Assembly (NCBI GenBank): GCA_964632315.1
Contig: CAZWEM010000013.1
Span: forward strand, 1-64,000
Direction of reading: 5' to 3'
Source: an uncultured archaeon
GTDB taxonomy: Archaea; Asgardarchaeota; Lokiarchaeia; Sigyniarchaeales; SOKP01
DNA: 64,000 bases
Below are positions 18,572-30,164 of this stretch, piece by piece. Position 1 is the stretch's first letter; every line of letters begins with the position of its first letter. Made by a program: the position numbers and the translations under genes. Under the pieces are notes generated by a model. That model had not been told where the DNA came from, ran no database searches, and was given only the letters and a program-made list of their open reading frames with translations.

Positions 18572-20017
18572 ATGAAAAAGAAAGCAATCTTATCTTTAAC
18601 TATATTTCTATTGCTAATTCTCATAATTATAATGGATAATGCTTTACTCCTCCCTAATGAAGTGCTAATTGCTGCAGACCTTGGAATCCTTTTTGATTCA
18701 ATAGGGATTTTGATAGGAATATACACCATCATTCACGGAGTATCAATAATCACTTTTGGATATCTTACAGATAAATATCCCCGGAAAAACCTACTAGTCC
18801 TTTCCGGTGCGATCTGGTCGATTGATGTTATGTTATATATTTTTATTACTAACTTTTGGCAATTATTATTAGCAAGGATTATTGCTGCCATAGCTACTGG
18901 CATAACTGCTCCACTTGTAATTTCTTATCTCTCAGATTTCATTTCTGCTGACTCACGATCGAAATCTTTCGCATTTTGGGGTTTATTATCTACTTTCTCG
19001 GGTTTATTTGCCGGTGTTTTAGCTTTATCATTTAATACTATTGATTTTTCAACACTTAACTCGCTTAATATCACGGAAAAAATAAATTTCATCACTCTTA
19101 ATTATCCCACAGATTTATACACGTGGAAATTACCCTACTTATATCTTGGAATTATTGCATTTATCCTAACAATCCTCAACTTCTTTTTAACGGTAGAGCC
19201 AAAAAGAGGAGGAAAAGATAAAGCATTTCAAGATCTACTTTCTAATGAAGGTCTCCAATATTCTTATAAGATTAAACTCTCAGATTTAAAGTATATTTTT
19301 AAAAGAAAATCAAATTTATTCCTAACAATTAATTTTTTTGATGTTGTCGCCTCAGGGTTACTGTTAGCATATATTTTTCCTTACATCGAGCTTGACATCG
19401 GAGTAAATGTCATTGATTTTAGAATTATTATTTTACTCGTTATAGCTATAGTTTTCGGTTTGTTTATTGGACAATTTGGATTAGCGCATTGGGGAGATAA
19501 AAAAGTAAGGAAGGGAGAGTTAAATGGGAGGGTGAAAGTTGCAACGATATGTTCAATCCTGACTTTACCATTTTTACTTGCCGCATTTGCTATGGCTCCT
19601 AATATTCCTTCTCAAACATTCTTTTTCGGGAATTTGTATGTTAATGACCTCGTTTTTTCATTCCTCTGGATTGTTTTTTCCGCTTTACTTGGAATAGGTT
19701 TAGCTTTTACGATGGGGATAGGCCCAAATTGGTATTCTTCTTTGATCGATGTTAACTTTCCTGAGAATAGAGGCACGATGATCGCAGCGGGATCTTTCAT
19801 TGATACAATTGGTCGAGCTTTAGGGGCTATGATTGGAGGTTTCATGGTGACAATCACGGAAAGCTTTTCTTCTACGATCTTTTGGTCAACCCTAATTTTT
19901 GGGATTTTATCAATATTCCTTTGGATCCCTCTCTTTTACACTTCAAAAGCTGATTATAAGGCAGTCAATAATGAAATGGAAAGACGAGCTAGAGAATTTA
20001 AAAATTCAAAATCTTAA
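18572..20017 (+). CDS. MFS transporter
   Basis: About 12 TM helices; GYLTDKYPRK motif A; DVNFPENRGT. Confidence 0.9.
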   Translation: MKKKAILSLTIFLLLILIIIMDNALLLPNEVLIAADLGILFDSIGILIGIYTIIHGVSIITFGYLTDKYPRKNLLVLSGAIWSIDVMLYIFITNFWQLLLARIIAAIATGITAPLVISYLSDFISADSRSKSFAFWGLLSTFSGLFAGVLALSFNTIDFSTLNSLNITEKINFITLNYPTDLYTWKLPYLYLGIIAFILTILNFFLTVEPKRGGKDKAFQDLLSNEGLQYSYKIKLSDLKYIFKRKSNLFLTINFFDVVASGLLLAYIFPYIELDIGVNVIDFRIIILLVIAIVFGLFIGQFGLAHWGDKKVRKGELNGRVKVATICSILTLPFLLAAFAMAPNIPSQTFFFGNLYVNDLVFSFLWIVFSALLGIGLAFTMGIGPNWYSSLIDVNFPENRGTMIAAGSFIDTIGRALGAMIGGFMVTITESFSSTIFWSTLIFGILSIFLWIPLFYTSKADYKAVNNEMERRAREFKNSKS

Positions 20018-20865
20018 GATACATAAATGTCTAACACAACGTGATAAAGATTCGGTCCATAACTTTTTACAAATCTTTTATCAACTAACTTAGATCTCAT
20101 GTGATTGTCTTCTACAACTTCTTCAAATTCTTGATATAAACTGAGATAATTATTTTTATCAACCACTCCTTCATAATGATAATATGTACCAGTCTCTTTA
20201 ATTAAAGTTAATGCTTCCCTGATATATTCTTTTGGAGCGGGAAAAACCCCCATTATGACACGATCAGCACGAACCCCACTTTCACTTAGTTTTAATACCT
20301 CTTCCTTACAATCACCATTAACTGGAGTAATTTTATCCTCCAATCGATTAAGTTTAATATTTTCACTCAGAAATTTAAAGGAAAATGGATTTAGTTCAAT
20401 ACTATAAATTTTACGAGGGTTGGCGATCTTTGCGATTGGTAAAGAAAAATACCCAATCCCCGCGAACATGTCAACAACCACCTCCCCATCCTTTACTAAA
20501 GTTGCCAAATATTTTCTCTCTGCCAAATTTCCCTGACTAAACATTATTCTAGTAAAATCAAATTTATAGGAAACACCATGTTCTTTATGAATTACTATTG
20601 AATTCTCCTTCCCCGCTAGATATTCTATGTTCTCAGGAGTTCGAAAATCACCCTTAATAATACCCTTATTTAAATAAACTGATTCAATAGCAGGTAATAA
20701 TTCCATTGACTTACGAGCAATTGCTTCTTTATGTTTGATTAAATCCGGATGGAGTTTAAGAATCATGACTTTCCCGAGAGTTTGAAAACCTCTTGGTAAT
20801 AATTCAAGCTCTTTAGAAGAAATGATTCCTTCTAATTTTGCTTTTAATTTCTCCTTGAATCCCAT
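20014..20865 (-). CDS. Met-10/Trm5-family tRNA modification enzyme (Taw2/TYW2-like)
   Basis: HKEHGVSYKFD..IMFSQGN..ER, VVDMFAGIGYF, IELNP, VKSYGP. Confidence 0.85.
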   Translation of the reverse strand: MGFKEKLKAKLEGIISSKELELLPRGFQTLGKVMILKLHPDLIKHKEAIARKSMELLPAIESVYLNKGIIKGDFRTPENIEYLAGKENSIVIHKEHGVSYKFDFTRIMFSQGNLAERKYLATLVKDGEVVVDMFAGIGYFSLPIAKIANPRKIYSIELNPFSFKFLSENIKLNRLEDKITPVNGDCKEEVLKLSESGVRADRVIMGVFPAPKEYIREALTLIKETGTYYHYEGVVDKNNYLSLYQEFEEVVEDNHMRSKLVDKRFVKSYGPNLYHVVLDIYVS

Positions 20866-21011
20866 TTATCCCATTTCCAAAAATGTATAGTAAAATTCGT
20901 TTTATCAATTATCGAGTTAAATTATTATATGATTGTAAATCATTGATAATATATTAATTGAGGAACATATTACAAATCTATAGTGAATATAAAATAAAAA
21001 GAGTGAATAAA

Positions 21012-22868
21012 ATGACAAGTCTAAACGATCCAGAATTTTTGGTGGATGAAAACAAAGTATGGTTTACTGAAGGATATTGGCCTGAAGGAGTACCTAAGCA
21101 GCTTAAAGACGTGGAAGGTATTGAGATCTCACAAATGTGGCAGAATTTCTTAAAATCAGCTGATGAAAATGATAGTTGGGATAAGGAACTCTGCATATTC
21201 GTGTATGGCCCCTATATGGAAAAAGTTAAGCTAAAAACCTTAGTTGATTATGCTAAAAAGTTTGGAACTTTTCTGCATGATCTAGGTATTGGAAAAGGAG
21301 ATGTTGTTGCTATTGATCTCCCCAATTCTATTAATTTTGTAGTAGCATATATGGGATGCATGTATATTGGTGCTGTTGCCCAAGGAATCAACCCTACTTA
21401 CAAGCCAATGGAACTATTACATTCACTTACGATGGCTAAAGCAAAAGTGCTCGTGTTGATGGATATGCTTTATATCGCAGGTCCCAGCACCATCCTACCA
21501 AAAACAAGCGTAAAATTTTTGATTCCATCGAATTTTACCGATTTCCTCACCGCAGATCAAGGTACTATCGACGCTCTTGGAATTCCAAACGCAAAAGATA
21601 AGATACCTGATGAAGCAGACGGATATAAAGTTCATTGGATGAAGGATATAATTGATAATACAGATCCAAAGGAAATCACTGTAGAGATTGATCCATGGAA
21701 GGATCCGGCAGTCTATTTGATGACAGGAGGCACAACTGGCTTACCTAAGGTTGCGATGCTCAGTCATGCAAATTTAGTCTGTAATCTGTATATGATAAAG
21801 CCATGGACCAATTTAGAACCGGGAATGTTGACAATAGGCAGTATTCCATTCTTCCATAGTTTTGGTATGACATGTGTCATGAATGGTGCATTATCCCTTG
21901 GAATGCGGATGTTATTATTCCCCAAACCACCTACAGATGAGGATCTTTCAGCAGCAATAAACAAACTTGATACTCCAGAGGGCATTATCTATGTAGGAGT
22001 AGAAATGCTTTTTAAGAGATTGACCGATTACGTGGAAGAAGTAGGTGTCGAAGAGTACAAGAAAAAATTTGACTTTTGGAAGAAGCTTCGCTACGCAACT
22101 TCAGGCGCAGGTCCTCTTCACGATTATGTCAGAATTCCCTTTGAGGAGATTTTCTGTCCTATTCGAGTTGGTTATGGACTCACAGAAACATCACCTGTAA
22201 CGAGTGTTGCTCCATTTTGGGGTCCTAATAAGAATGGTAAATTAGGATTACCCGTTCCAGGAGTAGATTGGGCTATTTTTGACGCCGAAAATTTTGAAGC
22301 TGGGCCTATTTGTGATGGTACGAAAGCACGAAATAATTTTGGAGTAGAACACACTGGAGAAATCTGCATCGCTGGACCCCACATAATGCTTGGTTACCTA
22401 GGAGAACAAAAGGAACAAGAGGATAATTTAAAATTCTGGGGTGGAAAGCGATGGCTTTTGTCTGGCGATATTGGATTTATGGATGAGCATGGTTTTTGTG
22501 AGATCAGGGATAGAAAGAAATCCTTGATTAAAGTATCTGGACATTCAGTCTTCCCTAAGGAAGTTGAGGAACTCATGGGAAACCATCCCGCTATTGATGA
22601 GGTCGCTGTAGCTGGATTACCTGATGAACAAACAGGAGAAAAAGTAAAAGCGTGGGTGACCTTGAAGAAAGGATACAAGGAAGGAAAAAATATTAGCTCA
22701 GAAGAAGTCAAAAAATGGTGCTTAGAAAACATGGCCAAATGGAAAACTCCTGTTCTAATAGAATTTGTGAGGAAGCTTCCAGTAAGTATGACGGGCAAAG
22801 TTCAGAGAAGAGAACTCCAAGAAAAAGATCTAGATAAATTGGAGAAAGGAAGAGAACTCAAGGGTTAA
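21012..22868 (+). CDS. Long-chain fatty acid--CoA ligase (AMP-binding enzyme)
   Basis: TGGTTGLPK, GYGLTETSP, SGDIG, DRKKSLIK, LPVSMTGKVQRR. The ORF track starts at 20958; ATG 21012 is more likely. Confidence 0.9.
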   Translation: MTSLNDPEFLVDENKVWFTEGYWPEGVPKQLKDVEGIEISQMWQNFLKSADENDSWDKELCIFVYGPYMEKVKLKTLVDYAKKFGTFLHDLGIGKGDVVAIDLPNSINFVVAYMGCMYIGAVAQGINPTYKPMELLHSLTMAKAKVLVLMDMLYIAGPSTILPKTSVKFLIPSNFTDFLTADQGTIDALGIPNAKDKIPDEADGYKVHWMKDIIDNTDPKEITVEIDPWKDPAVYLMTGGTTGLPKVAMLSHANLVCNLYMIKPWTNLEPGMLTIGSIPFFHSFGMTCVMNGALSLGMRMLLFPKPPTDEDLSAAINKLDTPEGIIYVGVEMLFKRLTDYVEEVGVEEYKKKFDFWKKLRYATSGAGPLHDYVRIPFEEIFCPIRVGYGLTETSPVTSVAPFWGPNKNGKLGLPVPGVDWAIFDAENFEAGPICDGTKARNNFGVEHTGEICIAGPHIMLGYLGEQKEQEDNLKFWGGKRWLLSGDIGFMDEHGFCEIRDRKKSLIKVSGHSVFPKEVEELMGNHPAIDEVAVAGLPDEQTGEKVKAWVTLKKGYKEGKNISSEEVKKWCLENMAKWKTPVLIEFVRKLPVSMTGKVQRRELQEKDLDKLEKGRELKG

Positions 22869-22997
22869 AACTTTTTACAATTTTTTTTTCTTTTAGAAGT
22901 ATACAGTTACAAATTTGGAATTGGTTTTACCAATGTATTAATTTAAATATTTTCAATATATTATTTTTGTAAAAAAAGTAAATATAGGGGAAATTTT

Positions 22998-23861
22998 TTG
23001 AGTGAACCGTTTAAAATTATTAGGCCCGCATGTCCGAAATGTGGTATAATGAAACTTCTTAAAATTCCCAGATCTGTGTTCGATCATAAAACTTATGGGT
23101 TCGTGAAAATTCAAGTTCCAAAGGGGGCGGTTTGCCAAGATCACCAGTTTCTTGTAATTGCTGATAGTCAAGCAAGAATTATTGGATATGAAGCGATTGA
23201 TAAAGCTATCTCACTTGAGGAAGAAAGAAGAGAAGAAATGCTGGTGAAAGATAGAGTCAAAGATTTCAAATTCTCCTTGAAATCTCTAATTAATAAGTTT
23301 GGCTTTAACTCTGTCGCTGGTTTTATTCATGCAAAATTGTTTAAATACGATACTTATATAGTGAGGAGCGAAGAACCGGAAATAAACCTTGCCGACTTGA
23401 ATGAATATTTTGACAAAATGATTCCTGAACCATATAGGAATTCTGTGAAAATTGACGTTATAACGTATGATAATGAAATTTATAACAGTCCTGGTTATTA
23501 TTATACATTATGTGCTAATAAAAGAACAAGGGCATACCTATTGAATCCACGTAGGCACGTGATCCAAATGCCTTGGAGAACAAGCATCGCTTATGAATCT
23601 AACATTATTAATTATGCCCTCCAGAAAGAGGATCCAAATGATCAATATAAGGTTTTAGCAGATTCTATTCAGCGCTTTATCTTAGATTCCGAAGTGACAG
23701 AGCAAAAACTTAAGGAAGTAAAAAAAATTTCGGAAAAAAACCTAATTAAAATGTTAGATAAAGAATTAACACTTTCGACAATCAATAAAGATCGCATGAG
23801 TATTATTAAGGAGTTTCTTGTTCGAAGGAAATCATCAGATGTTTTATCAAAAGTTAAGTAA
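22998..23861 (+). CDS. Hypothetical protein with N-terminal Zn-ribbon (CPKC...CQDH)
   Basis: 287-aa ORF with CxxC and CxxH pair. Confidence 0.6.
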   Translation: MSEPFKIIRPACPKCGIMKLLKIPRSVFDHKTYGFVKIQVPKGAVCQDHQFLVIADSQARIIGYEAIDKAISLEEERREEMLVKDRVKDFKFSLKSLINKFGFNSVAGFIHAKLFKYDTYIVRSEEPEINLADLNEYFDKMIPEPYRNSVKIDVITYDNEIYNSPGYYYTLCANKRTRAYLLNPRRHVIQMPWRTSIAYESNIINYALQKEDPNDQYKVLADSIQRFILDSEVTEQKLKEVKKISEKNLIKMLDKELTLSTINKDRMSIIKEFLVRRKSSDVLSKVK

Positions 23862-23912
23862 ATTACTACTTATTATTTAACTTTTTAATCTTTATTAAGC
23901 TTTAATAGACAT

Positions 23913-25541
23913 TTAATGTAATTCGTTTAAATTTTTATAGGTTTTTCCCATTACCTTGTATATCCGTAAAAATTCTTCAAAAAGCTTGTCATAGAGTTCT
24001 CGATTTGCTGGATTTGGGTCAAAAATTCGCGCAATTTCGGTATATTTAGGAATATCTTCCCATTTTACATAGCCCAAGCCTACTGAGGCGATGAAAGCAG
24101 CACCACGTGCATTTGCTTGAATGGGATTTTTGACTTGTTTTACTTTTCTATCGAGAACATCGGCAAAAATCTGACACCAAACATCGCTTTTTGCCCCTCC
24201 ACCGATGATATTAAGCTCAGGTATGATTTTGCCATCTTGAATTAATTCTGGCTTATTCTTTTGAACCCATTTTTCGATAAATTTTTCTACGTAGATTAGC
24301 AACCATTTTATGTTAAAGGCTACTCCTTCAAAAATCGCTCGGATTAAATGTTCCCTAGTTGTGTCAAGTGAGATGTTATAGATTCCTCCTCTAACGGTGT
24401 GATCATCAATTGGAGCTCGTTCTCCAAAAAGCCAAGGAGTGAATATTAGATTATGAGCTCCTGGTGGGGTGTTCTCAACAATTTTATCAAAGATTTTATA
24501 TACATCGGGTACTTGCTCTTCCTTTAACAATTCATCCTTGTGATATAAAATATTATCTCTTAAGAAACTTAATGCTCCACCTGCTATTTCTTGTTCATTT
24601 AGAAGCATGTACTTTCCGGGTATCCCTGAAGGTGCAGTCCCCATGTTGTGGAATATATCAACCTTTTTAAACGGGAATTGGCAAAGTAACCAATCAGAGG
24701 TTCCTATGCAAAAATGTGATTTATAGTCTTCAACAGCTCCAGAACCAATAGTAGCCGTATGCAAATCAGGGGCACCAGCTATTACTTTGGTATCAGGGTT
24801 AATCCCTACCGCTTCAGCAAATTCTTTAGTGACCGTGCCCAAGACATCTGTTGTCTTTACAATTTCTGGAAATTTATTTGGATCTAGTTTTAGCTTTTTT
24901 ATCAACTTCTTTGAGTACTTTACGTTATTTATATCACGGATATCAGTTATCCAATGCATGTGAATTGTGGCTTCGGAAGACGCGATTTGTCCAGATAATT
25001 TAAAATTGACCCAATCCTGGGGTTCTAAAAATTTATACGTTTTTTCATAAATCTCAGGATGATTATCTTTTATCCAGAGGACGTGAGCAATAGAATCCTT
25101 ACCTGATAATGTGGGGCCACCGCCCGTAATCTTTATCCATTTGAGCATTTTAATCATGTTGTATCCACTCACTTGAATTAATCCTTTATGCAATTTCCTC
25201 ATTTGCTTCGCTCCCCGTGTATCCATCCAAATAATGCAATTCATCAATTCTTTCCCGTTTTTATCGATAGGAACAGTTCCACTCCATTGACTTGTATTAC
25301 ATACTGCTATGATATCATTTGGATCAACTTTTCTTTTAGCAATTAGTTCTTTGGATCCTTCTACTATACCTCTCCACCAATCTTGAGGGTCTTGTTCCGC
25401 TACACCAGGCTCTGGTAAATGTAATGGTACTTCTTTAAGAACCCAGTCAATAACTTCCCCATATACAGATACTATAGCCGGTTTTGGTCCTGAAGTCCCA
25501 TGATCAATGGCTAAAATATATTTTTTTTCCGAGTTTGACAT
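23913..25541 (-). CDS. FGGY-family carbohydrate kinase (xylulokinase-like)
   Basis: LAIDHGTSGPK, IIWMDTRG, GERAP, RAIFEGVAF, IGGGAKS. Confidence 0.9.
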   Translation of the reverse strand: MSNSEKKYILAIDHGTSGPKPAIVSVYGEVIDWVLKEVPLHLPEPGVAEQDPQDWWRGIVEGSKELIAKRKVDPNDIIAVCNTSQWSGTVPIDKNGKELMNCIIWMDTRGAKQMRKLHKGLIQVSGYNMIKMLKWIKITGGGPTLSGKDSIAHVLWIKDNHPEIYEKTYKFLEPQDWVNFKLSGQIASSEATIHMHWITDIRDINNVKYSKKLIKKLKLDPNKFPEIVKTTDVLGTVTKEFAEAVGINPDTKVIAGAPDLHTATIGSGAVEDYKSHFCIGTSDWLLCQFPFKKVDIFHNMGTAPSGIPGKYMLLNEQEIAGGALSFLRDNILYHKDELLKEEQVPDVYKIFDKIVENTPPGAHNLIFTPWLFGERAPIDDHTVRGGIYNISLDTTREHLIRAIFEGVAFNIKWLLIYVEKFIEKWVQKNKPELIQDGKIIPELNIIGGGAKSDVWCQIFADVLDRKVKQVKNPIQANARGAAFIASVGLGYVKWEDIPKYTEIARIFDPNPANRELYDKLFEEFLRIYKVMGKTYKNLNELH

Positions 25542-25788
25542 GATTAATTATATTAATGCTTTTAATCTAAATAAAGCTTTTTTTACAAACGTTTTAGGAG
25601 TAGAAATAATGACTCAAGGAAGTCTCATGATTCAATATTGAATTTAAAACAGGAAACTCTGATACAAAAAAACAAAATATGAATTTATACATTAACTTAT
25701 AGTTGTATGGAATAATCTTATTTTTAATGTAATGTTATCATATTCAGAAAATAATTCAGTATTAACTAACCATAAAGGATGATTTTAA

Positions 25789-27186
25789 ATGGATTATGAA
25801 GAAAAAATTGAAAAGATTGAACGGATTGTTAGCAGTCCGATAAGTAAATTCAAACCTGATGAATTAGAAGGCATTATACAGCGATATGAAAAGAATCATA
25901 GAAAATCTAAAGAAGTATTTGAAAGAGCACGAAAAATTATACCTGGGGGCGTTGAGCATAACCTTGCCTTTAATTTTCCCTTTCCTTTAGCGAGTAAGAG
26001 AGTTTATGATTGTTATATGGAAACTGTTGATGGAGTTGTCTTTACTGATTTCTTAATGGATGGTGGTCCAATAATTTTGGGACACAATAACCCAGAATTG
26101 ACAGAGAGGATAATAAATGTTATCAAAGAGATTGGCCCTTGTCATGGGATAACTAACGAATATGAATATTTAGCTGCTGAGGAGTTGCAAAAATACTTCC
26201 CCTCTTGTGAGATAATTAGATGGTTGCAATCTGGTACTGAAGCGGACATGTTAGCTATTCGATTAGCTAGAGTTGCAACGGGACGTAAATGGATAATTAA
26301 AATTGGTGGTAGCTATCATGGTTGGTCTGACCAACTTGTGTATGACATGCACGTGCCTGGAACAAAAAGATTAGAATCACACGGTATACCTAAAGATGTA
26401 TTGAAATATACTGAATCCGTTCCACCAAATGATATCGAAGCTTTAAGAGAAATGTTTAAAGAAAAGCGAAAGGTCGCTGCTGTAATCATTGAGCCAATGG
26501 GTGGCGAATCTGGCGCGATTCCTGTGCGTGATGGATTCAACAAAGAAATAGAGGAACTCTGTCATGAGAATGGAGCATTGCTCATTTCTGATGAAGTTGT
26601 TTGTGCTTTTAGACTCGATATGGGAGGAGGTCAAGCATATTATGGATATGAACCCGATTTATCTGTTTTTGGGAAAATTGTTGGACATGGATATCCTTCA
26701 GCGGCAGCAATAGGGGGAAAAGAAGAAGTGATGCGGTATTGTGCAGCTGGAGTTGGCGGAGGAAAACGAGCATATAGTGGCGGTACTATAGCAGCAAATC
26801 CATTAACATGTGCGGCAGCCTATAACGCGATTAAACTCGTAGCTGAGACTGGAGCGACTGAGAAGGCGGGGAAGGCAGCTCAGAGGCTTTCAACTGGTCT
26901 AAACGAAGTTTTTCAAAAATATGACTTGCCATGGTTTTCTTATAATTTAGGAGGAACGGTTCATTTCCACACGAGTTGCTTATTTGGCTTAGATATGGGA
27001 AACCCTGAACAAATAGGGCAACTACCAATGCGTAAAGAATTTATGGAGCATATGGGTGCTGCATTGGTAGATCAAGAAATAATTAGTGTTGCTGGTTCAA
27101 GATTCTATACTTGTATCCTCCATACAGATGAGATCATTGATGAAACTATCAATAAGATAGATAATATCTGTCAAAAGATAGAATAA
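25789..27186 (+). CDS. Class III PLP aminotransferase (glutamate-1-semialdehyde aminomutase-like)
   Basis: SGTEA, YHGWSD, IIEP, SDEVV, FGKIVG (PLP lysine), GTIAANP. Confidence 0.88.
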   Translation: MDYEEKIEKIERIVSSPISKFKPDELEGIIQRYEKNHRKSKEVFERARKIIPGGVEHNLAFNFPFPLASKRVYDCYMETVDGVVFTDFLMDGGPIILGHNNPELTERIINVIKEIGPCHGITNEYEYLAAEELQKYFPSCEIIRWLQSGTEADMLAIRLARVATGRKWIIKIGGSYHGWSDQLVYDMHVPGTKRLESHGIPKDVLKYTESVPPNDIEALREMFKEKRKVAAVIIEPMGGESGAIPVRDGFNKEIEELCHENGALLISDEVVCAFRLDMGGGQAYYGYEPDLSVFGKIVGHGYPSAAAIGGKEEVMRYCAAGVGGGKRAYSGGTIAANPLTCAAAYNAIKLVAETGATEKAGKAAQRLSTGLNEVFQKYDLPWFSYNLGGTVHFHTSCLFGLDMGNPEQIGQLPMRKEFMEHMGAALVDQEIISVAGSRFYTCILHTDEIIDETINKIDNICQKIE

Positions 27187-27257
27187 AAAATATTTAATTT
27201 TACTTTTCACTTAATTTAATACAAAACTTACTTGAGAGCATAAAAAGGGGAACATTA

Positions 27258-28286
27258 ATGGGGACTCAAAATGAAATTACGGAACCTTCAAATTTATTTA
27301 AAAAAGATGGTTCGCTCGTTCAAAAAGGTTGGGCTCGTAAGCCAATTCTGAAGTATAATAAGGATAAGATTGGGAAGGGATGGACAAGGATTAAAGAATG
27401 GGACCATTATTCTGTTCTAAACAAGGAATTTGGGTTTCAACTCACGATTGGAGATATCGGGTATCTTACGCAAATGAGTTATGGCTTCTTAGATTTCTCT
27501 AAAAAAGAACGAGATGGACAAGCGACAATGAAATTTTTTACGAAATCAAAACTCCTACCGTTGAGTTCTTTAGAAGATAGTTTCATTGAATTTCCAACAG
27601 ATGCATTTAAAGCAACAATTGAAAAAAAAGGGAATAATAGGATCCTTACAATAGATGACCCAATATTTTCAAAGAAGGGGATCAAGGGGAGTATTTCTCT
27701 TTTTGATGATCCAGAAATGGATAACACGGTAGTGGCTACTGGATATGGACCAAAAAAACCAAAGTTGTTTTATTATAATCACAAGGTTAACTACATGCCC
27801 GCAAAAGGAACCCTCTCTATAGGTGATAAGGATTATTCCTTTGAACCTGGTACTTCCTTCGGCTTAATTGATTGGGGTCGTGGGATATGGCCTTACCATA
27901 CTCATTGGCTTTGGGGTAGCGCCTGTGGTTTAGTTGATGGAATTCCAGTTGCCTTTAACATTGGCTATGGATTTGGAGATTTAAGCACCCATACTGAAAA
28001 TATCATTTTTTATGATGGGAAGGCTCATAAAATTGATGAAGTCACCTTTCATCATGAAGATCGGGATCCAACTAAACCGTGGAAATTTACCAGCAACGAT
28101 GATCGGTTTAACATGACTTTAACACCAATCCTACCCCGCCGAGAGAAATTAAATTACGGTTTGATTTATTTAGATTCATCTCTCCTCCATGGGCTGTATT
28201 CGGGAGAATTGATTTTAGATAACGGCGAAAAGATAATGATAGATAAGATGCTTGGACATGCCGAAGATATTTATTGGCGCTGGTAA
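27258..28286 (+). CDS. DUF2804-family protein
   Basis: GWARKP, RIKEWDHY, FYYNHK, DWGRGIWPY, NIGYGFGD...TEN. Confidence 0.8.
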   Translation: MGTQNEITEPSNLFKKDGSLVQKGWARKPILKYNKDKIGKGWTRIKEWDHYSVLNKEFGFQLTIGDIGYLTQMSYGFLDFSKKERDGQATMKFFTKSKLLPLSSLEDSFIEFPTDAFKATIEKKGNNRILTIDDPIFSKKGIKGSISLFDDPEMDNTVVATGYGPKKPKLFYYNHKVNYMPAKGTLSIGDKDYSFEPGTSFGLIDWGRGIWPYHTHWLWGSACGLVDGIPVAFNIGYGFGDLSTHTENIIFYDGKAHKIDEVTFHHEDRDPTKPWKFTSNDDRFNMTLTPILPRREKLNYGLIYLDSSLLHGLYSGELILDNGEKIMIDKMLGHAEDIYWRW

Positions 28287-28404
28287 GGAAACTTTTATAC
28301 TAAAAAATTGAGATGGTCGTATTTCAAAACCAGCCAGATAAATCAAATCTCTGTATAGTAATTCTAAAATTTTTTTTAAAAATAATAAAAAATTAAAAAA
28401 AAAA

Positions 28405-29838
28405 TTATCTTAGACCTAGCTCTTCAATTTTTACCTTGTTTAAGGCAACTTTGTCAGGTGTTAATTTATAAAATTTCCAAAAAAGAAGCACGGTTACAAT
28501 GACCAAAATCGCAGGAACGATTGCTACGTGAATTCGAATGCCAAAAATTGCCAAGGGTGATTGAGTTGGAGCTCCTTCAACATATCCCGTAAAGAAATGA
28601 CTCAAAGAGATGGTAACTGCTATAAATGTCTGGCCAAACTTAATAAAGAAGGATTGAAAAGCATAATATATCGCTTGCTGACTCTTACCTGTTCTAATGG
28701 CCACATCATCTAACACGTCCCCCATGGTTGGCGGATCGACGTACCAATGACCCCCGATTCCAACTCCAAAGAATAATAAATTAATAATCCATGGAATCAA
28801 TCCCCAAATAAAAATCATTGGTATAAAAGTGGCAAATAAAACGAATCCAGCGATGACGCTTAATTTTCTGTTATCATTTGTTTTATGTGCAAAATATGTC
28901 CATAAAGGAGTTGATATCAATGCTCCTAATAACATGGCTCCTAAGAGAAATGTTATTGCATCTGCTCCCATTCCTAAAATATAAGTAGATATGTATAACG
29001 CTGATGTTTGAATCATGACTCCTCCAACTTGATACCCAAAGAAAAATACCGCTTTCATCATGAACGTCTTATCTTTAAGTACGCGTAAATAAGATTTAAA
29101 AAACGGCTCTACTTCGTGAGAATCTCGAATTGACTTTCTTTGGGCATAGAGCGCTCTAACTTTTTTATCTTCAAATATTCCAGGAAGCACTAACAGAAAC
29201 AGGAAAAATCCTACTGATACACTAAATATGGCTGCCTCCACATATGATTCTACTATAAAAGTCTGAATAAACAAGATCGAAGGGAGGATGAAAGCCATGA
29301 CGAGACCAGTAATTCCTAAAATTGTGCCAAATCCTTGTACAGTCCTTCTATCTGCTAGTCCTCGAAATTTATCTGGATAGAGTGAGATTACATTGACATC
29401 ATATAAGGTTAAAGCAGTATCATAAATACATAGGGTAAATGTATACCATAAGAATATTTCTACTTGATGAGCTGATACATCTGTGTACCATTGTGAGGGA
29501 ACCATGAATATTAAAAGATAAGATAACAACCAAGGTACAACGCCGATGATCATCCACGGAAATCTCCTAAAACCTTTTTTTTCCCAAGGCATGTGGACTT
29601 TTTCCATTATCCAACCAACCAGAGGATCATTCACAGCATTCCAAACAGAATAAATAATAAACGCTGTCATTGCTAACAATGTTGGTAATCCTATAACATT
29701 TTCATAGAAAAAGAAGACAGTAAAACCAAACGCAGCACTAATCCACTGACCGAAGAGCTCTCGTGAACCATAAGACGCCATTATTCTCTTAGGATAGTCG
29801 TACTTTCTTTTGCTTGTAATTTCTAATTTCTCGTTCAT
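28405..29838 (-). CDS. GPH-family (MFS_2) sugar/glycoside:cation symporter
   Basis: WNAVNDPLVG, RRFPW, LYPDKF, MGDVLD; 12 TM helices. Confidence 0.88.
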   Translation of the reverse strand: MNEKLEITSKRKYDYPKRIMASYGSRELFGQWISAAFGFTVFFFYENVIGLPTLLAMTAFIIYSVWNAVNDPLVGWIMEKVHMPWEKKGFRRFPWMIIGVVPWLLSYLLIFMVPSQWYTDVSAHQVEIFLWYTFTLCIYDTALTLYDVNVISLYPDKFRGLADRRTVQGFGTILGITGLVMAFILPSILFIQTFIVESYVEAAIFSVSVGFFLFLLVLPGIFEDKKVRALYAQRKSIRDSHEVEPFFKSYLRVLKDKTFMMKAVFFFGYQVGGVMIQTSALYISTYILGMGADAITFLLGAMLLGALISTPLWTYFAHKTNDNRKLSVIAGFVLFATFIPMIFIWGLIPWIINLLFFGVGIGGHWYVDPPTMGDVLDDVAIRTGKSQQAIYYAFQSFFIKFGQTFIAVTISLSHFFTGYVEGAPTQSPLAIFGIRIHVAIVPAILVIVTVLLFWKFYKLTPDKVALNKVKIEELGLR

Positions 29839-30164
29839 TTTAATCTCCTAATTAATGGAATTAAATTCCCATTTTTAATAGAATGCAATATTCAATTTTG
29901 GATTAAATAAAAACCTTCCAAGTTTTGCAAAAAAAGCTTTTTTACATAGATTGCATTCCATATGGAATATAACGTAAATTCAGGCTGACTGATTTTAGAA
30001 TTTATTTTTTGAATCGAATTCAATAGATTCCCATTTATGATAAAGTGGCACTAAAACTAGAACGGATTGATGTCTTCAGATGAACTGGGCGTTTCATTTC
30101 ATTCAAAGTTTATGTTGCTTTAAAAGTGAAAAATGAAAAAAGAAAAAATATAAGTTAGAAATAG

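Noticed and set aside
25789-27186. Bona fide hemL
   Set aside because: Family motifs fit, but the context is sugar catabolism with no tetrapyrrole genes, so only a family-level call is made.
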